From: Longimicrobiales bacterium
GTDB lineage: Bacteria > Gemmatimonadota > Gemmatimonadetes > Longimicrobiales > Gaopeijiaceae
Assembly (NCBI GenBank): GCA_965116905.1
Contig: OZ220732.1
Coordinates: 32,001 to 96,000, forward strand
Length of the DNA stretch: 64,000 nt
Direction: 5' to 3'
Shown piece by piece: positions 59,019 through 64,000 of this stretch. A program made the position numbers and the translations under genes. The first letter of the stretch is position 1. The number at the start of each line of letters is the position of its first letter. The notes beneath the pieces are model-generated. The model ran no database searches. It saw only the letters and a program-made list of their open reading frames with translations, and had not been told where the DNA came from.

Positions 59019-60290
59019 ATGACCGATACATCGCTGAAACTGTCCCACTTCGAGGCCGGCCTCCTCGACGGCGCATCCGACCCCGCGGTGCAGCTCGCCA
59101 TGGGCATCGTCGTGCGCATGGGAGAGATCCTCGGAGCCCGCGACCTCGTCGAGATCACCTCCTCGCACATCGACGGGTGCCTCTACCACGGCGACGGTGG
59201 CGTGGAATTCGCCGAGCGGCTGGTGGACCTGGAAGGCAGGGTTTCCGTCCCCGCAACGCTGAACGTGGGCGCACTCGACCTGCTCCACCCCTCGCGCGTG
59301 CGGTCACGGGGCCACAAGCGCGAAATGGCGCTCCGCCAGATGCGCGCGTACCAGGCGCTCGGCTGCACCCCGACATGGACGTGCGCACCGTACCAGGCCG
59401 GACACCGTCCCGCGCCGGGCGAGCACGTCGCATGGGGCGAGAGCAACGCGGTGTGCTTCGCCAACTCGGTGCTGGGCGCGCGCACGAACCGCTACGGCGA
59501 CTTCATGGACATCTGTTGCGCGCTCGCGGGACGGGCGCCGCGCACCGGACTCCACCTGGACGGCGCACGCCGCGCTACCGTCGTGGTCGACACAGGCGCC
59601 GTCGCGCCCGAGTTGAAGACGCGCGATGTCTTCTACCCGGTGCTCGGCACATGGCTGGGTGCTGCCGTGGACGACCGTGTGGCCGCCATCACCGGGCTGC
59701 CCGGAGACGTCACCGAGGATCAGCTCAAGGCCATGGGAGCCGCCGCGGCATCGTCGGGCGCGGTCGGGCTCTTCCACGTCGTGGGCGTCACCCCCGAGGC
59801 GCCGGACCTCGCGACCGCACTGGGCGGGGCTTCCCCCGGGGCCGGCGCCGTCTTCGCACCGCGCCCGAACGAGCTCCGTACCGTGCGGGATACGCTGAGC
59901 ACGGCCGGCGCGGGCCGGATCGACGCCGTGGCGGTGGGCAGCCCGCACTTCTCCCTCACCGAGTTCGACCGCCTCGAAGCGCTCCTGCCGGGCACCCCGT
60001 TCGACGTGCCCTTCTATGTCTGCACCGGTCGCTCGGAGTACCGCCGCCTCGAATCCGCAGGCCGTCTGGACCACTTCCGCGACGCGGGCGTGGAGATCGT
60101 CGTCGATACATGTGTCGTCGTCACGCCCATCCTTCCCCCGAAAGACGGTGTCCTCATGACGAATTCGGGCAAGTTCGCGCACTATACCCCGTCCAATACC
60201 GGGTACGGGGTGGTCTATGGCAGCCTGGAGGACTGTGTGCGGTCGGCGGCGAGGGGTCGAGTCGTCAGGGACGAGAGTCTGTGGAGCTGA
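59019..60290 (+). CDS. Aconitase X catalytic subunit (DUF521)
   Basis: HIDGC, WTCAPY, AWGESNAV..NSVLGARTN, HVVGVTPEA, GSPH, DTC, TNSGK. Confidence 0.92.
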   Translation: MTDTSLKLSHFEAGLLDGASDPAVQLAMGIVVRMGEILGARDLVEITSSHIDGCLYHGDGGVEFAERLVDLEGRVSVPATLNVGALDLLHPSRVRSRGHKREMALRQMRAYQALGCTPTWTCAPYQAGHRPAPGEHVAWGESNAVCFANSVLGARTNRYGDFMDICCALAGRAPRTGLHLDGARRATVVVDTGAVAPELKTRDVFYPVLGTWLGAAVDDRVAAITGLPGDVTEDQLKAMGAAAASSGAVGLFHVVGVTPEAPDLATALGGASPGAGAVFAPRPNELRTVRDTLSTAGAGRIDAVAVGSPHFSLTEFDRLEALLPGTPFDVPFYVCTGRSEYRRLESAGRLDHFRDAGVEIVVDTCVVVTPILPPKDGVLMTNSGKFAHYTPSNTGYGVVYGSLEDCVRSAARGRVVRDESLWS

Positions 60291-60772
60291 CCAGCGGCCC
60301 AACCGGCGACGCACCGGTCGCGGCGCGCGGCAGCGAGCCTGCGACGATCCACGGCACCGCACTGCATGGGGGGTCCGCCGCGGGAACCCTGTTCGTCCTC
60401 CGCAAGCCGGTCAGCTTCTGGGGCGGTGTGGATCCCGTGAAGGGGATCGTCGCCGATCCGCGCCACCCTCAGCACGGGGCACCGCTAAGCGGCCGCATCC
60501 TGGTGATGGAGCGCACGATCGGGTCCAGTTCGTCCAGCGCGATCATGCTGGAACTGCTGCGCAACGACGTGTCGCCCGCCGGCATCGTGCTCGGCCGCCC
60601 GGACGCCATTCTCATGCTCGGCATCCTTGTGGCCCGTGAACTGGGGTACCCTACGGTGCCGGTCGTGCAGGTCGACGAATCCGGGATCGAGCGCCTGGCG
60701 CGAGCCGACGGGCGCCGCGCCACGATCAGCGACGGCGCGGTAGAGGTGGAGGAGGCGGCTGGCCCGGGCTGA
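60281..60772 (+). CDS. Aconitase X swivel subunit (DUF126)
   Basis: SFWGGVDP..G...D..HP..G, GSSSSS; GTG overlapping upstream stop. Confidence 0.88.
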   Translation: MELTSGPTGDAPVAARGSEPATIHGTALHGGSAAGTLFVLRKPVSFWGGVDPVKGIVADPRHPQHGAPLSGRILVMERTIGSSSSSAIMLELLRNDVSPAGIVLGRPDAILMLGILVARELGYPTVPVVQVDESGIERLARADGRRATISDGAVEVEEAAGPG

Positions 60773-60830
60773 GCGTCGGAGGCGGGCCTTCGCCTCTCAC
60801 CGTCAGGGCATCCCCGCCAGGGCATCCCCG

Positions 60831-62000
60831 TCAGGGCAGCGCGTAACGCTCCAGGTACTGCAGCCCGTACTCGTCCATCCGCACCACGTAGATCTTCCCG
60901 TCGCCGAAACTCACGACCCGGCGCCCGGGTAGCAGCTGCACCACCATCCTTCGCTCGCCCGTCCCGTCGAAGACGTCGTACACGGGTGCCTCGCCGGCAT
61001 CGAGATGACGCCTTACCCACGCGCGGCCCGCCGGGTCCACCGGTACGGGGCGCCCGTAGAACGCCGGGGCGTAGTCCGGCCACTCATACTGGTCCAGATC
61101 GTCGTCGTTCGAAGCCCCGCCGCGGCTGGCGGTCATGGTCATCGCGTTGTTCGAGACCGACAGCGAGATGCCGAGACCCCCGCCGGTCTCCGATCGCGAA
61201 TCCGCCCACTCCTGGCGTTCTCCACGTCCGATGCGGACAGGCTCGTACGCCACGGCGGGTCCGCTCACCACGTCCCCACCGGACCCGATCCAGTCGACGT
61301 GATAGTCCCCGGACCGGACGATCACCACGCGCCCATCGGCAGCGACTCCCCACGCGTCGGCCGCCGAAAGCGGGATCGGACTGACCGAGGTGTTCTGGTT
61401 GTTCGGCCCGCCGCTGGTACGTGTCGTGGTTCCGGCCAGCTTGATCCGGCCAACCGAGTCCACCACCTCGGATTCCAGGTCCAGACGGAGGATGTACGCC
61501 GAGTCAGAGGCCAGCTCACCACCACCCATCCGGCCGAAGCTGCGGAAGTAGAGGCGGCCCCGGTCGTCCACGGCCTGCGGAATGGCGAGCACCAGTTCGC
61601 GGCCGGGTCCGAGTTCGCCGATCGCGTACGGCCGGGTGTCCCCGAACTCGAGCTCGGGGCTCAGCTCGGTGAGCCGGCCGTTGCCGAGGTCGACCAGCAA
61701 CGTCTTGCCGCCTGGCAGCGGCCACACCGCATCCGGCTGCCGGTATTCCTCGGGGCCCTCCCCCACGCGTCCCAGCGTGTCGGCCGTGCCCGCGTCCAGG
61801 TCCAGCCGCATCAGCACCTGACCCAGGGCGTCCGCCACCAGCACCCGACCGTCGGGCATTTCACGCACGGTGGAGACCACGGAGAACGACTCTTCATACA
61901 CCGCTTCCGCATCACCCAGCGTCACGGGCTCCTGCGCGGCCAGAACGCCACCGGCCAGCGGCAGCCCGACCCCTCCCAGAATCGACAGCATCGTCTTCAT
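60831..62000 (-). CDS. Secreted beta-propeller (NHL/6-bladed) protein
   Basis: Signal peptide; DGRVLVAD, GRVGEGPEEY, VDPAGRAWV, YDVFD..G, DEYGLQYL.RY. Confidence 0.72.
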   Translation of the reverse strand: MKTMLSILGGVGLPLAGGVLAAQEPVTLGDAEAVYEESFSVVSTVREMPDGRVLVADALGQVLMRLDLDAGTADTLGRVGEGPEEYRQPDAVWPLPGGKTLLVDLGNGRLTELSPELEFGDTRPYAIGELGPGRELVLAIPQAVDDRGRLYFRSFGRMGGGELASDSAYILRLDLESEVVDSVGRIKLAGTTTRTSGGPNNQNTSVSPIPLSAADAWGVAADGRVVIVRSGDYHVDWIGSGGDVVSGPAVAYEPVRIGRGERQEWADSRSETGGGLGISLSVSNNAMTMTASRGGASNDDDLDQYEWPDYAPAFYGRPVPVDPAGRAWVRRHLDAGEAPVYDVFDGTGERRMVVQLLPGRRVVSFGDGKIYVVRMDEYGLQYLERYALP

Positions 62001-62147
62001 CCCTGCTCCTCACTCCTCACTTGTCCGCAGCTCCTGTCTCCGAACGCTCCTGGTTCGACGAACCGACGGGGCGCCGCGGTTGCCCACGACGCCCCGCCAG
62101 GTCTCGCGGCCCCAACAGGCCAGTTCCGACTTCCTTCGCTTTCCGAC

Positions 62148-63998
62148 CTACCGCACGAAGATCATGTCCCGGTAGGACGGCAGCGGCCACAGGTCGGTCG
62201 GGACAACGCCCTCCAGCTGGTCCGCCGCGTCCCGCACGGCATCCATCGCCGGGGCCACCCCGTGGCGCACATGCTGCAGGTGCGCGTTCATGTCGTCTCC
62301 GTCGTCCTCGTGCGCGAGCTGCCCTTCGAGCGCGTCGAGCGCCGCGACGAGTTCGTCGACCAGGCCGCCCACGGTCCCTGCGGTCGAATCGAGTCCGTTC
62401 GCTCCGGCGCCGCCGCTGCGGGCCGCCGCCAGGTCGCCAAGGTAGCGCACCGCGGCAGGCAGAATCATCGTCCGCCCCATGCTCAGAGCGGTCTCGCCCT
62501 CGGTCGTGATCCTGGTCACGTACTGCTCGGCCAGGACTTCGAAACGGGAGTGCACCTCTTCCTCGGAGAGCACGCCGTACTTGACGAACAGCGCCGTGTT
62601 CTTCGCGGAGACGATGTCGGGGAGCGCTTCCGCGCCGCTGGGGCTGTTCACCAACCCGCGCCGCGCCGCCTCTTCGACCCACTCCTGCGTGTAGTTGTCG
62701 CCGTTGAAGAGAATCTGGCGGAATCCGGAAACCTCGCGCGACAGCACGCTGCCCAGCGCCGCGCTCAGTCCCGCGCCATCGGCCATGGCGGCTTCCACCG
62801 CGCTGGTGAGCTCGTCGACCGACTCGGCCACGATGGTGTTGAGGACCGTCGCCGGGAACGAGATGCTGACCGCCGAGCCCAGCGCGCGGAACTCGAACTT
62901 GTTGCCGGTGAACGCGAAGGGTGACGTGCGGTTCCGGTCTCCCGAGTCCTTGGGCAGATCCGGGAGGATGCTCACCCCCAGGTCCATGAGGCCGCCGCCT
63001 CCGCCTTCCGAAGCCGTGCCCGAGTCCGCGATCTCCTCGAAGATGCCCTGGATCTCGTCACCAAGGAAGATCGAAATGATCGACGGCGGGGCCTCGTTGG
63101 CGCCCAGGCGGTGGTCGTTGCCGGCGCTGGCCACACACGCGAGCAACAGGTCCTGGTGCCGCTCCACCGCCCGCATGACCGCCGTGCAGAAGAAGAGGAA
63201 CTGCTCGTTCTCGTGGATCGACTTGCCGGGCTCCATCAGGTTCTGCGACGGCGTGCCGAACGACCAGTTCAGGTGCTTGCCGCTGCCGTTGATGCGCGCA
63301 TAGGGCTTTTCGTGCAGCAGACAGACCAGCCCGTACCGCGCCGCGTTCCTCTCCATGACCCGCATCATGAGCTGCTGGTGATCCGCAGCCACGTTGGCGT
63401 TCTCGTAGACCGGGGCGAATTCGAACTGCTGCGGCGCCACCTCGTTGTGACGCGTCTGCATGGGCACGCCCAGCCGGAAGAGGTCCGCTTCGACGGACTG
63501 AATGTACGCCATCATGCGGTCGTGAATCGCGCCGAAGTAGTGGTCGTCCAGTTCCTGGCCCTTGGGCGGCCTGGCGCCGAACAGCGTGCGGCCCGAGTTG
63601 ATGAGGTCCGGACGGCGGTAGTAGAACTCCTGGTCGATCAGGAAATACTCCTGCTCGGGCCCCAGGTTGGCCGACACCCGGCCCGTGTCGTCTCCGAAGA
63701 GCGCCAGGGCGCGCCGGGTGACCCGGTCCAGTGCGTCGATCGACCGGAGCAGCGGGGTCTTGTAGTCCAGGCTGTCGCCGGTCCAGCTCACGAACGCTGT
63801 GGGAATACAGAGGTAGGTCGCGCTCTCGCCGTGCAGGATGAACGCCGGCGACGTCGGATCCCAGGCCGTGTAGCCGCGGGCCTGGTGCGTGAAGCGCAGT
63901 CCGCCCGAGGGGAAGGAGGACGCGTCGGGCTCGCCCTTGATCAGCTGATCGCCCCCGAACTCGGTCAGTGCACGGCCGTCCCTGCCGACCTTGAGGAA
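62148..63998 (-). CDS. Glutamine synthetase type III (5' truncated by window edge)
   Basis: [78 protein letters not shown]. Confidence 0.95.
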   Translation of the reverse strand, partial: FLKVGRDGRALTEFGGDQLIKGEPDASSFPSGGLRFTHQARGYTAWDPTSPAFILHGESATYLCIPTAFVSWTGDSLDYKTPLLRSIDALDRVTRRALALFGDDTGRVSANLGPEQEYFLIDQEFYYRRPDLINSGRTLFGARPPKGQELDDHYFGAIHDRMMAYIQSVEADLFRLGVPMQTRHNEVAPQQFEFAPVYENANVAADHQQLMMRVMERNAARYGLVCLLHEKPYARINGSGKHLNWSFGTPSQNLMEPGKSIHENEQFLFFCTAVMRAVERHQDLLLACVASAGNDHRLGANEAPPSIISIFLGDEIQGIFEEIADSGTASEGGGGGLMDLGVSILPDLPKDSGDRNRTSPFAFTGNKFEFRALGSAVSISFPATVLNTIVAESVDELTSAVEAAMADGAGLSAALGSVLSREVSGFRQILFNGDNYTQEWVEEAARRGLVNSPSGAEALPDIVSAKNTALFVKYGVLSEEEVHSRFEVLAEQYVTRITTEGETALSMGRTMILPAAVRYLGDLAAARSGGAGANGLDSTAGTVGGLVDELVAALDALEGQLAHEDDGDDMNAHLQHVRHGVAPAMDAVRDAADQLEGVVPTDLWPLPSYRDMIFVR

Positions 63999-64000
63999 GG

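Overview
High-GC bacterial chromosomal window. Its secreted peptidases, amidohydrolases and beta-propeller lipoprotein-like genes suggest a Gemmatimonadota-like heterotroph (inference only). The backbone carries many peptidases/amidohydrolases, an acyl-CoA dehydrogenase/CitE/MaoC trio, four type II VapC toxin-antitoxin pairs (three with visible operator arrays), a Liv-type ABC/acyl-CoA ligase operon interrupted by an abgB-like/DUF3299 block, thiC, a split aconitase X and a partial glutamine synthetase III. The centre is an ~18-kb integrative mobilisable defence island (17977-36038) bounded by 23-bp imperfect direct repeats. It encodes a tyrosine integrase, a ColE1-like mob region (candidate oriT, mobC, relaxase with two overprinted genes), a HEPN/AbiU2-like protein, an HNH protein and a type I R-M operon. 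Nested between hsdS and hsdR is a translationally coupled module: double-GHKL histidine kinase, receiver-fused unknown effector, C5 methyltransferase and Vsr. That module is the best candidate for an uncharacterised signalling-controlled defence system. All calls come from motif reading only; no searches were run.
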